Positions 1 to 10,032 of a DNA stretch of 64,000 nucleotides are shown in pieces; position 1 is the first letter of the stretch, and each line of letters opens with the position of its first letter. A program made the translations under genes and the position numbers. The notes below the pieces were generated by a model. It searched no databases. It was not told where the DNA came from and was given only the letters and a program-made list of their open reading frames with translations. The stretch spans positions 124,001 through 188,000 of IMG/VR virus record IMGVR_UViG_3300042350_002797; one strand, 5' to 3'.

Positions 1-1475
1 GATTTGTTGGATCTGCTACTAATAGTGAAAAATTAGGCGGCATTGATGCAAGTAATTTTGTTAGAAACGATATTAATAGTACTACGAACGGTAGTTTTAG
101 CATTAGAAATAATGCTGGATTAATTTTAGGTTCAGATTTATCTGTAAGTCTGTCAAATACTTCAACCGGCGCCACTGTTTTATACAATAAAACTGAGGGA
201 TCCAGCATCTTTATAAGAACTAATCAAGATGGTGCAGCTCAAGATGTTATCACAGTTAGCGGAACTAATGTAGGTATTAATAAAACAAATCCAGTGTATG
301 AATTAGATATCAATGGCACATTACGTACTAGTGATAATCTGTTTGTTAATGGTACAAATAATGCAGTAGATTTAAATACTGGATCAATCAGAACTGCTGG
401 CGGATTAAGCGTACAAAAAAGTATTCATGTTGGTCAAGGAATTAAAGTTACTGGTAATATTGTTAGCAATAATATTATTCCAGAAACAACTGCTGTATAT
501 GATTTAGGCACAGAAGATACTACTTTTAGAAATATATATGCAACAAAAGTTGTTTCATCTAACTTTGAAGGTTCTTTTTCAGGACAATTAATCGGTTCAG
601 TAACAGGTAGTGCCAGTCGATTAGCAAGCGCCACTAATTTTAGACTAGTAGGTGAAGTAACTAGTAATACTGTAAGTTTTAATGGATTACAACCTAGTGG
701 ATTAGCAGAATTTACAGCCACAGTTAGTGCAGATTTTATTGGAAATAAAACACTTGTAAGTTCAGTCAATGACGATGATTTATTATTAATACAACGACCA
801 GCAACAGGTTTACAAAAAGTAACTACTGCGGCATTCTTTTCAAGAGCAGGCGTATTACCAATTGGATCGTTAATGCCGTTTGCTGGTACAGTTGCTCCGA
901 ATGGATTCGTATTGTGTGACGGAAGCGAATACTTAATCAGTGAATATACAGAGTTATGGCAAATTATTGGATATACTTATAAACCACTAGGAGCATTACA
1001 AGGATTGAATACATTCGCTGTGCCTGATTTAAGGGGAAGATTTCCTTTAGGTTTAGATAATATGTTTAGTAATGTTAAAGTTCCTAAGAATGATGGGTCA
1101 GGAGATCTAATTTATACAATTGGAACAAGTGCATCGAGAGTTAATGCTTCTGCTGCAAATAACATAGGTTCAGGAAGCGGAACTCAAGATACTCAGTTGC
1201 AAATTAGTCAGTTACCAGAACATACACACGATATGAGGGGACTAACATCTACAGGAGAAAAAGGCCAGCAGTACTATGCAATTAGAAATAGCTCTGATCC
1301 TGCAGGAGATGTTAATACTGTAAGCCATACTACAAAAGGTCCGTCGCTGCCAAATGAAGGGCAATTTTTGCCTAACAGCGGTGGTGTCAATAACGCACTT
1401 TTAGGTGAAGCAGTTTCATTAATGAATCCTTATATAAGTTTAAATTATATAATCTATACCGGAAAGTTTATCTAA
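1..1475 (+). CDS. Tail fibre protein with C-terminal phage tail collar domain (5'-truncated by window)
   Basis: Frame is open from position 3 (FVGSATNSEKLGGIDAS...), so the real start is upstream of the window. Collar motif GSLMPFAG..APNGFVLCDG...VPDLRGRFPLG; ends in the typical NPYISLNYII. Confidence 0.85.
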   Translation, partial: FVGSATNSEKLGGIDASNFVRNDINSTTNGSFSIRNNAGLILGSDLSVSLSNTSTGATVLYNKTEGSSIFIRTNQDGAAQDVITVSGTNVGINKTNPVYELDINGTLRTSDNLFVNGTNNAVDLNTGSIRTAGGLSVQKSIHVGQGIKVTGNIVSNNIIPETTAVYDLGTEDTTFRNIYATKVVSSNFEGSFSGQLIGSVTGSASRLASATNFRLVGEVTSNTVSFNGLQPSGLAEFTATVSADFIGNKTLVSSVNDDDLLLIQRPATGLQKVTTAAFFSRAGVLPIGSLMPFAGTVAPNGFVLCDGSEYLISEYTELWQIIGYTYKPLGALQGLNTFAVPDLRGRFPLGLDNMFSNVKVPKNDGSGDLIYTIGTSASRVNASAANNIGSGSGTQDTQLQISQLPEHTHDMRGLTSTGEKGQQYYAIRNSSDPAGDVNTVSHTTKGPSLPNEGQFLPNSGGVNNALLGEAVSLMNPYISLNYIIYTGKFI

Positions 1476-1485
1476 GGAAATATGA

Positions 1486-3342
1486 ATGACTTATCAGATT
1501 AATTTAACTAACGGATCTTTATTAACAGAAATTGTTGATAGTTCTATTGACCAGCAAGCCACAGATTTAACCTTAATAGGTAAGAACGTTTCTGGGTATG
1601 GCGAATATATTAATGAAAATTTTATAAAAATATTAGAAAATTTTGCGGCAGAAACTGAACCAAACAATCCATTAATTGGACAAATATGGTTTGATACTGC
1701 TGAAAATCGATTAAAAGTATACGACGGTAACGGATTTAAAATAGGATCAGGGCCAATAGTAAGTGGAACTCGACCTCTTAGTTTCAGTCAAGGGGATTTG
1801 TGGATCGACAGTACTCAAAATCAACTGTATTTTTATGACGGAATAGATCTTCAATTAGCAGGTCCTATTTACAAAGAGTCTCAAGGACGTTGTGGGTTTG
1901 TTGTAGAGGATATTGTTGATACAAACGGCTCAGCAAAAACTATTGTTAAACTTTTAGTTAATGATGTTTTATTAGGAATTTTTAGTACTTCGTCCTTATC
2001 TTATACACCATCGGCACCTATATCAGGATATACTGGTGATATATACCCAGGGTTTAACGAAGGAACATTACCAGGATCTAAATGGAGATTAACTGCAACT
2101 AAAGCAGATGCATTATTAGACGTTACAGGACAACTAAAAACTCCGTCTAACTTTATGAAAACGGATGAAAACACTGCTACAACAGGCACTTTAAGTGTTG
2201 TTAATCCAACTCCGTTAATCTTAGGAACAGACAGTAATATAGAAGTAACCACAGATCCATTTTTAACTCTTTATCAGCATAACGCATTAAATGCAAACGT
2301 TAGATTTAAAATACGAAACAATGCTGGTTATCAAGAACCGTTAACATTTATTGCTTCAACTAAAAAAGTTGGAATATTTACACCTAATCCGGCCTATACA
2401 TTAGATGTCACAGGCGATGCTAGAATTACCGGAAGTCTTATTGTAAACGGCAGTACTACTTCTATTAGCACATCAAATTTATCAATTCAAGATCATCAAA
2501 TAGAATTAGCAGTCAACGATGATAGTAGCGTTAGTGATACGTATGCTGATCAAGGTGGACTAGTACTTAGAGGCACGACAAATCATACTATTATTTGGGA
2601 TCAAGGATCTACTTCTTGGAGAATGAGTGAAAATCTTGATATAAGAGAAGCTAGTTCAGGTGCTAGGGCATATAAAATTAATGGTGTAAACGTATTAGAA
2701 TATACAGGTTCAATATTTCAATTATCTGCTTCGGTTACTTCTGCACCTGGGATCACTAGTTTTGGACCTCAAACTAGTCTAACAGTTGATAACATTTTTA
2801 TAGATAATAATCGCATTTCTAGCACAAATGCAAACGGCGATGTGGAAATTGAACCTAACGGATCAGGAAATGTAGTACTGATAGGAAGTCCAAAAATAAC
2901 AGGATTATCAGATCCTATCGCAGCCACAGATGCAGTTACAAAACAATATGTTGATAACAGTATTTCCAGTAGAAATATTTGTTTTAGTATGGATATTACT
3001 GGTTTAAATGATACTCAAATTGCAGATCAGTTAGAACAAATAGCGCCTTCGAATTACTACGAGATCGGCACAGAAGCTAGAATTCACTGCACTATACAGA
3101 ATGTATCTTACACAAATATTCAATTTACTGCATCGCCTACAGGAGATTTTGTTAAGAGTTATGTAAGTGTTGATAAATCAGATAATGTAGGCACCCAACC
3201 AAGCGAGCCAGTGCTACAAGATTTTAGCATAAACCCCATTAATTTAGGTCCTGCGACTATTACAGTAACAAGAGTAAACAAATTATTTGAATTAGTATCC
3301 GATAGTACCACTTCGGTATGGCAATGGCAAATGAATTTTTAA
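1486..3342 (+). CDS. Tail fibre / baseplate-attached structural protein
   Basis: N-terminal module LIGKN..GYGE..NENF+..LENF....P..P+.GQ+W+D shared with the next gene; DAVTKQYVD fibre motif; S/T/G-rich. Confidence 0.75.
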   Translation: MTYQINLTNGSLLTEIVDSSIDQQATDLTLIGKNVSGYGEYINENFIKILENFAAETEPNNPLIGQIWFDTAENRLKVYDGNGFKIGSGPIVSGTRPLSFSQGDLWIDSTQNQLYFYDGIDLQLAGPIYKESQGRCGFVVEDIVDTNGSAKTIVKLLVNDVLLGIFSTSSLSYTPSAPISGYTGDIYPGFNEGTLPGSKWRLTATKADALLDVTGQLKTPSNFMKTDENTATTGTLSVVNPTPLILGTDSNIEVTTDPFLTLYQHNALNANVRFKIRNNAGYQEPLTFIASTKKVGIFTPNPAYTLDVTGDARITGSLIVNGSTTSISTSNLSIQDHQIELAVNDDSSVSDTYADQGGLVLRGTTNHTIIWDQGSTSWRMSENLDIREASSGARAYKINGVNVLEYTGSIFQLSASVTSAPGITSFGPQTSLTVDNIFIDNNRISSTNANGDVEIEPNGSGNVVLIGSPKITGLSDPIAATDAVTKQYVDNSISSRNICFSMDITGLNDTQIADQLEQIAPSNYYEIGTEARIHCTIQNVSYTNIQFTASPTGDFVKSYVSVDKSDNVGTQPSEPVLQDFSINPINLGPATITVTRVNKLFELVSDSTTSVWQWQMNF

Positions 3343-3348
3343 TAAATA
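3342..3348 (+). promoter_or_regulatory. T4-late-like promoter motif ATAAATA
   Basis: ATAAATA about 20 nt upstream of AAGGAG-ATG(3369); the same motif precedes several other genes. The AT-rich background limits certainty. Confidence 0.5.
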
Positions 3349-3368
3349 TAAAGTAAGGAGTATAGTAA

Positions 3369-4859
3369 ATGGCATATGTAATAGATAGATATAATGGTAC
3401 AACTTTAGCTACAGTGGAAGATGGCACCATTGATGCTACTCTTGATATAAAACTTATTGGGAAAAATTACGCTGGCTATGGCGAAATACAAAATGAAAAT
3501 GCATTACATATGTTGGAAAATTTTTCCGGAGAAACAGCACCTCCTCGTCCAATAAGTGGGCAATTATGGTATGATAGTCTTGCAAAAAAAGTCAAATTTT
3601 ACAATAATTCAGCTTGGAAAACTATTGGAGCAGAACCTGCAGGTACAAAACCTGCCGGTGGTACCGTAGGAGACCTTTGGTGGGACAGTGCTAATAAGCA
3701 ATTATACACCCATGACGGAACAGATTTTTATTTAGTAGGCCCGCAGGCCGCTGAAGGTCTAGGCACAACACAAATGAGGTCTCGATCAGTACTTGATGAC
3801 ACAGATGTTGCCCATGCTATTATTGAAGCTATTGTAGATGAAGAAGTAGTTTATATAATTGCCACAGAAGAATTTACGTTAAATGGAGCAGTGAATCCAA
3901 TTCTAGGATTTACAGTTATTAAAGCTGGTTTAACTTTAATTAACACAGGTGCTACTGGCATAACTAGTAGCACTCATAGATATTGGGGCACAGCCGCTAA
4001 TGCAGAAAAATTAGGCGGGCAAACTTCTGCTAATTATGTAACAAAAACCAGCGCAAGTTTCTTAGATGCTGCAACATTTGTTGATGCAGGATTTACGGTA
4101 GGCGACAGTAACGATTTAGCTGTATATATTACTGGTAGCGATGCATATGTAAGAAATCAAATTGGTGATAGGATTGTTTTTCAAACAACGTCTGCAGGAA
4201 CACAAACGCCTTTAATACTTTTAGGCAGTTCTATTTTACCAGGAACTACACTTTATTCAAATATTGGCAGTAGCTCTTTTCAGTACAACAACATTTATGC
4301 CAGTTATTTGTATGGAACTTCTCAGCAATCAGATGCATTATCAGTAAGTGGTGTGTATAGAATTGCAGCAGTTAGTCAACCAGATATTGGAGATCCTGAC
4401 ACTATTGCATGTAGAGACGGCAGCGGAAATCTAAGAGCAACAGAATTTCAAGGAACAGCAACAGCAGCATACTTTGCTGACTTAGCAGAAAAATATCTAG
4501 CCGATCAAGAATATGAAGTAGGCACCGTAGTTGCAGTAGGAGGCTCAGCAGAAGTCAGAGCTTGTCAAATTGGTGACAGAGCATTTGGAGCAGTAAGTGC
4601 AAATCCAGCATTTAAGATGAATGACGGATTATTGGGCGGTACATATATTGCATTAAAAGGCAGAGTTCCTGTAAAAGTTTCTGGACCTGTTGAAAAAGGT
4701 GATAAGTTAATGGCAGCAAGTAACGGAACGGCTGCACCAGCACATTTAATTTTGAGAGGCCAGCAAGTAACTTCAAGAAGTTTCCCTGATACATTCGCTA
4801 TCGCATTAGAAACTAATCTTGACGAAGGTGTAAAGTTAGTTGAGTGCGTCGTATTGTAA
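3369..4859 (+). CDS. Tail fibre protein with C-terminal intramolecular-chaperone/autoproteolytic domain
   Basis: N-terminus paralogous to 1486..3342; C-terminal ADLAEKY...GTVV..GG..EV...GAVS.NPAF.MN...IALKGRVPVKV.G.V.KGD.L pattern. Confidence 0.75.
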   Translation: MAYVIDRYNGTTLATVEDGTIDATLDIKLIGKNYAGYGEIQNENALHMLENFSGETAPPRPISGQLWYDSLAKKVKFYNNSAWKTIGAEPAGTKPAGGTVGDLWWDSANKQLYTHDGTDFYLVGPQAAEGLGTTQMRSRSVLDDTDVAHAIIEAIVDEEVVYIIATEEFTLNGAVNPILGFTVIKAGLTLINTGATGITSSTHRYWGTAANAEKLGGQTSANYVTKTSASFLDAATFVDAGFTVGDSNDLAVYITGSDAYVRNQIGDRIVFQTTSAGTQTPLILLGSSILPGTTLYSNIGSSSFQYNNIYASYLYGTSQQSDALSVSGVYRIAAVSQPDIGDPDTIACRDGSGNLRATEFQGTATAAYFADLAEKYLADQEYEVGTVVAVGGSAEVRACQIGDRAFGAVSANPAFKMNDGLLGGTYIALKGRVPVKVSGPVEKGDKLMAASNGTAAPAHLILRGQQVTSRSFPDTFAIALETNLDEGVKLVECVVL

Positions 4860-4871
4860 GGATAAAATATT

Positions 4872-5855
4872 ATGGCAATTACAGCAGCAGATTATAATAA
4901 CATAAGAAATAAAGTAATTACAGTGTTAGGCACTGGATCAACTGGTTACGGTCAAACTCCAGTTAGTTCGTCCGCTACCCAATCAACAGCAATTAGTGCT
5001 ACACTGTGGAATAACTTAAGAACAGATATGCTTAAAGCAAGACAGCATCAAACTGGGAGAGATGAAACACCTTTCGCTCCTGCTGTTCTAAATCGAACTA
5101 CTACAATTACTGAAGCTATTCGAGTAGCATTTGATAATTATGCGAATCAAATTGTAACCGATCAGAGATTGCTAGGATTGGATCCTATTTCTCAAGCACA
5201 GTCCGAATTGTTTTTTACTAGTACGCAATACGTAGCTAATTGGAACCAAACTTTATATTATCGTGCAAGAGTAAAGTTTGCTGATAATTTACAAGCAAGA
5301 TATTTTTTCAATGCTGGCGGTCAAATTAGATTTTATGCTGCAAAAATAGATAGAACTTCTAGTCTAACAAAAGATATAGAATGGGATAACATACTTGGAA
5401 CCTCTACTACTAAAAATGGTACTAGCCCAGGTTCAGGTTTTGGAAAGGTAGTTTATAAGTATAATTCTGTAGAACAATTGGCTGGATCATTTGCTACAGC
5501 AGGCACTTTAACTCCGCAGTATAGTTTTTATACAGCAGCATCTAGCTATGTGACTAGTAACTTACCTACAACCGCTACTACAATTTTTACTAAATCTGCC
5601 AGTGCATACAGTTCTAATATCTATGATATTAGAATGTATTCGGACAGTGCTGCTAGTCCAACACAATTAACATTTTTAATTAGATTTCAGGATCTAGCAG
5701 GTGGTAATGTAGATGAACAAAATACTGGAAAATTAACACAATATGTTGAAATTTTAAGACCAGTAGTAGCTGGAGGCGTCACAGTTAGCGGACCAAGCCT
5801 AGCACTATCTGCACAAGCTGGCATTACTAACGATATTTCTGTAGCTGGATCGTAA
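4872..5855 (+). CDS. Putative virion structural (tail-associated) protein
   Basis: S/T/A-rich; ITAADYN / ISATLWNNL repeats; RYFFNAGGQI motif; contiguous with the fibre genes. Confidence 0.55.
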   Translation: MAITAADYNNIRNKVITVLGTGSTGYGQTPVSSSATQSTAISATLWNNLRTDMLKARQHQTGRDETPFAPAVLNRTTTITEAIRVAFDNYANQIVTDQRLLGLDPISQAQSELFFTSTQYVANWNQTLYYRARVKFADNLQARYFFNAGGQIRFYAAKIDRTSSLTKDIEWDNILGTSTTKNGTSPGSGFGKVVYKYNSVEQLAGSFATAGTLTPQYSFYTAASSYVTSNLPTTATTIFTKSASAYSSNIYDIRMYSDSAASPTQLTFLIRFQDLAGGNVDEQNTGKLTQYVEILRPVVAGGVTVSGPSLALSAQAGITNDISVAGS

Positions 5856-5877
5856 TCAGAAATATCTTTAAAAAACT

Positions 5878-5912
5878 AACCTCTGCATAATTAATAAGTG
5901 CGGAGGTTTTTT
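5878..5912 (+). terminator. Hairpin + U-tract that also sequesters the SD of the next gene
   Basis: AACCTCTGCA-(TAATTAATAAG)-TGCGGAGGTT-TTTT, 10-bp stem with one G-U; GGAGG lies in the 3' arm, ATG at 5914. Confidence 0.65.
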
Positions 5913-5913
5913 A

Positions 5914-6261
5914 ATGACTAATAATTTTGAAGCTGCATTTGATTTGGCTAATCTTATGTCAGCAATATCGACTCAAAAAAAAATACTAAAAGAAGAATTT
6001 GAATTATCTACATTATATTTTTGTAATGGTGGAACTTTTAAAATTGATCAACAGCTAATCTCTTTTGTTACATCGTTAAAAATATTGCATCAAACAACCG
6101 CAGTAATTATTGATCAAAATAATTTACCAATTTTTATTGATAACGTTTCTATATTTTTAGAAAATATTTTACATCAATATACATTTGCTTCTAATAAATT
6201 TTTAACAGATTATAAACTGCTTCAAAATACTAGAAAAACAGAAAGTATTTTAGATTTATGA
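5914..6261 (+). CDS. Hypothetical protein (possible tail-fibre assembly chaperone)
   Basis: 115 aa with GGAGG SD, directly after the fibre genes; NGGTFKID and IIDQNNLPI segments. Confidence 0.45.
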   Translation: MTNNFEAAFDLANLMSAISTQKKILKEEFELSTLYFCNGGTFKIDQQLISFVTSLKILHQTTAVIIDQNNLPIFIDNVSIFLENILHQYTFASNKFLTDYKLLQNTRKTESILDL

Positions 6262-7085
6262 ACAGAGGGGTAATTCTATTTGCTTTTCAGTCAACAGTTG
6301 ATTATGTCTCGTTGGCAATTTTTTCTGCTGAACGTATAAAAAAACATTTAAAATTACCTGTTTCTTTAGTAACAGATTCTAAAAGTTATTTAGAAAATTT
6401 AGATAAAACTGAAATATTCGATGAAATTATAGAGATAGAAGATTCCACAATTCAAAAGAAAGTATTTAATAACGGCACTGCTGAATTTCAGAATATCATT
6501 TGGAAAAATTCCAATAGATCATTAGCGTATGATTTAACACCATATGAACATACTATTGTATTAGATGTAGATTACATAATTAATTCAGATTTTTTATTAA
6601 AATGCCTAGATATAAACAAAGATTTTCTAATTTTTAAAGATTCATGCGATTTATCATTTTGGAGAAATTCAAAAGAATTTACTTATGTATCAGAGTTTTC
6701 TATTCCTTTTTATTGGGCTACTGTTTTAATTTTTAAGAAATCTGAAAAAAATAAAACTTTTTTTCAACTAGTTAAAGAAATTAAAAATAATTGGAATTAT
6801 TATAGATCTTTATATCAAATTCCAGATTCAAAATTTAGAAATGACTTTGCATTTAGTATAGCTATACATATTACTTCTGGATTTGTTTCTAATAATTTTA
6901 ATAATATAATTCCTTCAAAAATTTATTATACTCTTGATAAAGATTATTTGTATAATATAACAGATAATTCTTGTTCGTTTTTAATTGAAAAACAAAATTC
7001 AGGAGGTCAGTATATACCTACTAAGGTCAATAATGTTGATGTTCATGTAATGAATAAATTCAGTCTTATTGAAAGTATTATATGA
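6258..7085 (+). CDS. GT-A fold nucleotide-diphospho-sugar transferase (GT8-like)
   Basis: YDLTPYEHTIVLDVDY (DxD motif), FYWATV, FRND.AF, HVMNK. Confidence 0.7.
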   Translation: MNRGVILFAFQSTVDYVSLAIFSAERIKKHLKLPVSLVTDSKSYLENLDKTEIFDEIIEIEDSTIQKKVFNNGTAEFQNIIWKNSNRSLAYDLTPYEHTIVLDVDYIINSDFLLKCLDINKDFLIFKDSCDLSFWRNSKEFTYVSEFSIPFYWATVLIFKKSEKNKTFFQLVKEIKNNWNYYRSLYQIPDSKFRNDFAFSIAIHITSGFVSNNFNNIIPSKIYYTLDKDYLYNITDNSCSFLIEKQNSGGQYIPTKVNNVDVHVMNKFSLIESII

Positions 7086-7903
7086 AAGGTCATTTAATTT
7101 TTGCACAAAATTCAGATGTTGATTATGTTAAACAAGCATATGCTCTTGCTTTGACTATTAAAAAAAATAATTCTATTAATAATGTAGCCATAGTAACAAA
7201 TAATTTGATACCAAAAAAATATAAACATGTATTTGATTACATTATAGAAATACCATGGGACGATGATGCTAAAGATTCTCATTGGAAAATTGAAAATCGT
7301 TGGAAACTAATACATACTTCTCCTTTTGATGAAACAATGGTTTATGATTCAGATATGTTGTTATTAACTTCTAATGATGACTGGTGGGATATTTTAGAAA
7401 AACACGATGTATTTTTAACTTCAGAAGTTTTAGATTATCGTAATAATATAATCAAAGATACTAAACTTCGAAAGGTGTTTACAGAAAATAGTTTACCAAA
7501 TGTTTATTTTGGATTTCATTATTTTAAAAAAACTAAGAGAGCATATGAATTTTACAAATGGTTAGAAGTAATTGTAAAAAATTATAAAGTTTTTTATAAA
7601 AAATTTACACCAATTTCTAATCAAAATTTTTGTAGCATGGATGTTAATGTTGCAATAGCTACTAAAATATTAGATGCAGTCGAAGAATTTACCTTGCCAA
7701 ATAGTCCTATAAAATTTGTACATATGAAAAAAGAACTACAAAACTGGCAAGAAATACCTGCTTCATGGTCTTCGTGTCTATTGATAAATTTTACTAAAAA
7801 TTTTAAATTTTATCTATCTAATAATTTACAAAATGGATTGTTTCATTACACAGAAGATGAATTTTTAACAGAAGAAATAATAGGAATAATTGAGAATGAA
7901 TAA
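7082..7903 (+). CDS. GT-A fold glycosyltransferase-like, paralog of the upstream gene
   Basis: SPFDETMVYDSDML (DxD motif), LPNVY.GFHYFKK, FVHMK. Confidence 0.7.
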   Translation: MKGHLIFAQNSDVDYVKQAYALALTIKKNNSINNVAIVTNNLIPKKYKHVFDYIIEIPWDDDAKDSHWKIENRWKLIHTSPFDETMVYDSDMLLLTSNDDWWDILEKHDVFLTSEVLDYRNNIIKDTKLRKVFTENSLPNVYFGFHYFKKTKRAYEFYKWLEVIVKNYKVFYKKFTPISNQNFCSMDVNVAIATKILDAVEEFTLPNSPIKFVHMKKELQNWQEIPASWSSCLLINFTKNFKFYLSNNLQNGLFHYTEDEFLTEEIIGIIENE

Positions 7904-8435
7904 TCTAGTTTATGTAATATACGATGATGAAATGAATCTTTTACAAATTACTTCTATATTACCAGAAACAAACAATTATTTTCAAATTGAACAATCGAAA
8001 GTAAAAGATTTTTATCTTGGATTTAAAAGTTATCCAGGGCATTATGTAAAAAATCATGGATTTAATAAATTTACAATAGAAGAAAAAGTTAACACCGCTG
8101 GCATATATAGATATAATGATTTAATTGATCTAACTGTACAAAAAGATAGTGCAGATTTAATGATAAAATACAATATTGAAACGTTTACTTGGAAGTTTAT
8201 GTTAGATACAGATGTGGCAAATTTAATAGAAACGAATCATTATGATAAGCTATTAGAATTTTATTTGGTAAAACGTGATCAACATAATTTTCTAGTTAGA
8301 ACTTTTGTAATTAAACTTGCAGATTTGATAAATGACACACTTGAATTCCGGTTCGAAACTGAATATGAACACTTTTTTGAAAATTTATTAATAAAAAGCA
8401 AACAACATTTTGATAAAATTGGAATATATGTATGA
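7896..8435 (+). CDS. Hypothetical protein
   Basis: ORF overlapping both neighbours; ATG at 7896 preferred over TTG 7890. Confidence 0.55.
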   Translation: MNNLVYVIYDDEMNLLQITSILPETNNYFQIEQSKVKDFYLGFKSYPGHYVKNHGFNKFTIEEKVNTAGIYRYNDLIDLTVQKDSADLMIKYNIETFTWKFMLDTDVANLIETNHYDKLLEFYLVKRDQHNFLVRTFVIKLADLINDTLEFRFETEYEHFFENLLIKSKQHFDKIGIYV

Positions 8436-9355
8436 CTAAACAATTTAAAATATTAGAGCACGACGTTGTTTTTTTAAGTTATGATGAACCTAATGCTGAA
8501 AAAAATTATGCGGATTTGTTAACTAAGTGTCCTTGGGCAAAAAGAGTTCATGGTGTCGAAGGGTCTGATTCTGCTCATAAAGCTTGTGCAGAATTAGCTC
8601 AAACAGAAAGAGTAATAATTATTGATGCTGATAATATTGTAGACTTAAAGTTTTTTGAACAAATAATAGAAGTCGAATCAGAAGAATTATACAACAAAAG
8701 TGTAATTTCTTGGTGTGGGTTAAATGTTATTAATGGTTTAAAATATGGTAACGGAGGTATTAAATGTTGGCCCAGAGAGTTCATATTGAATATGAAAACT
8801 CATGAAAATGCAGATAGTCCTCAAAGCCAAGTTGATTTTTGTTGGGATATAAATTACATAACATTAGACGAATGTATGAGTTTAGTATATAACAATGCTA
8901 CTCCGTGGCAAGCTTGGCGAGCAGGATTTCGAGAAGGTGTTAAAATGAGTTTATATGATGGTATAAAGCCTTCTTTTGATAAATTGTTTTCTAAGAGAAT
9001 ACATAAAAAGAATTATCATAGATTGTTAACATGGTTAAATGTAGGAGCAGATGTAGATAACGGTCGTTGGGCGATTCTAGGAGCGAGACAAGGTTGCTAC
9101 ATGACTAATTGTACAGATTGGGATTATGTCAATGTGAGAGATTTTAGCTGGTTAAATGAATTTTGGAGAACAGATGTAAGTTTAATTAATGAAACTATAC
9201 TCGATGAAGAGATAAGTAAATTTGGTGAAAAGTTGGCTCAAGATTTACATATACCTATTGATGAGCCATTAACTGCTATGCAATCTAAATTTTTTAAAGA
9301 AGTATTTACTAACCCTTCTAGGGTTCCTAACGGTGCAAGGATTATTAAAAAGTAA
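8432..9355 (+). CDS. GT2-like glycosyltransferase-fold protein
   Basis: DVVFLSYDEP, RVHGVEG, IIDADN (DxD), NGLKYGNGGIK, AWRAGFREGVK. Confidence 0.65.
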   Translation: MTKQFKILEHDVVFLSYDEPNAEKNYADLLTKCPWAKRVHGVEGSDSAHKACAELAQTERVIIIDADNIVDLKFFEQIIEVESEELYNKSVISWCGLNVINGLKYGNGGIKCWPREFILNMKTHENADSPQSQVDFCWDINYITLDECMSLVYNNATPWQAWRAGFREGVKMSLYDGIKPSFDKLFSKRIHKKNYHRLLTWLNVGADVDNGRWAILGARQGCYMTNCTDWDYVNVRDFSWLNEFWRTDVSLINETILDEEISKFGEKLAQDLHIPIDEPLTAMQSKFFKEVFTNPSRVPNGARIIKK

Positions 9356-10032
9356 TGTATGATATTGTTTTTATAAGCTATCAAGAACCTCATGCTGATA
9401 TAAATTATCAAAATTTATTGGAAAGATTTTCAACAGCAAAACGTGTTCACGGAGTCACCGGAATTCATCAAGCACATATTGAAGCTGCTAAACTTGCGTT
9501 AACAAAGATGTTCTGGGTAGTAGATGGTGATTCACAAGTGTTAGATGATTTTTGTTTTGATTATAAAGTAGAAGAAAAATTTTTAGAACATGTGCATGTG
9601 TGGAGAAGCATTAATCCAATAAACGGTCTTACATACGGATATGGCGGAATTAAATTATTACCTCGTAATTTAACATTATATATGGATATATCTAAACCAG
9701 ATATGACTACTAGCATAAGTAGACATTTCATACCTGTTCAGAAAGTTAGTAATATTACTGCATTTAATACAGATCCTTTTAATACATGGAAAAGTGCGTT
9801 TAGAGAATGTGTTAAATTAAGTAGTAAAGTGATTGATAGGCAGAAATCTAATGAAACAGAAGAAAGATTGCACACTTGGTGCACAGTGGGTAAAGATAAA
9901 TTGTTCGGAAAATATGCAATTCAAGGAGCACATGAAGGTGTAGAATATGGAATAATGAATAAAGGCAATATTGATGCGTTAAAAAAGATAAACGATTTCG
10001 AATGGTTAAAGGAACGATTTAATGGAAATTAA
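9355..10032 (+). CDS. GT2-like glycosyltransferase-fold protein, paralog of the upstream gene
   Basis: DIVFISYQEP, RVHGVTG, WVVDGD, NGLTYGYGGIK, TWKSAFRECVK. Confidence 0.65.
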   Translation: MYDIVFISYQEPHADINYQNLLERFSTAKRVHGVTGIHQAHIEAAKLALTKMFWVVDGDSQVLDDFCFDYKVEEKFLEHVHVWRSINPINGLTYGYGGIKLLPRNLTLYMDISKPDMTTSISRHFIPVQKVSNITAFNTDPFNTWKSAFRECVKLSSKVIDRQKSNETEERLHTWCTVGKDKLFGKYAIQGAHEGVEYGIMNKGNIDALKKINDFEWLKERFNGN

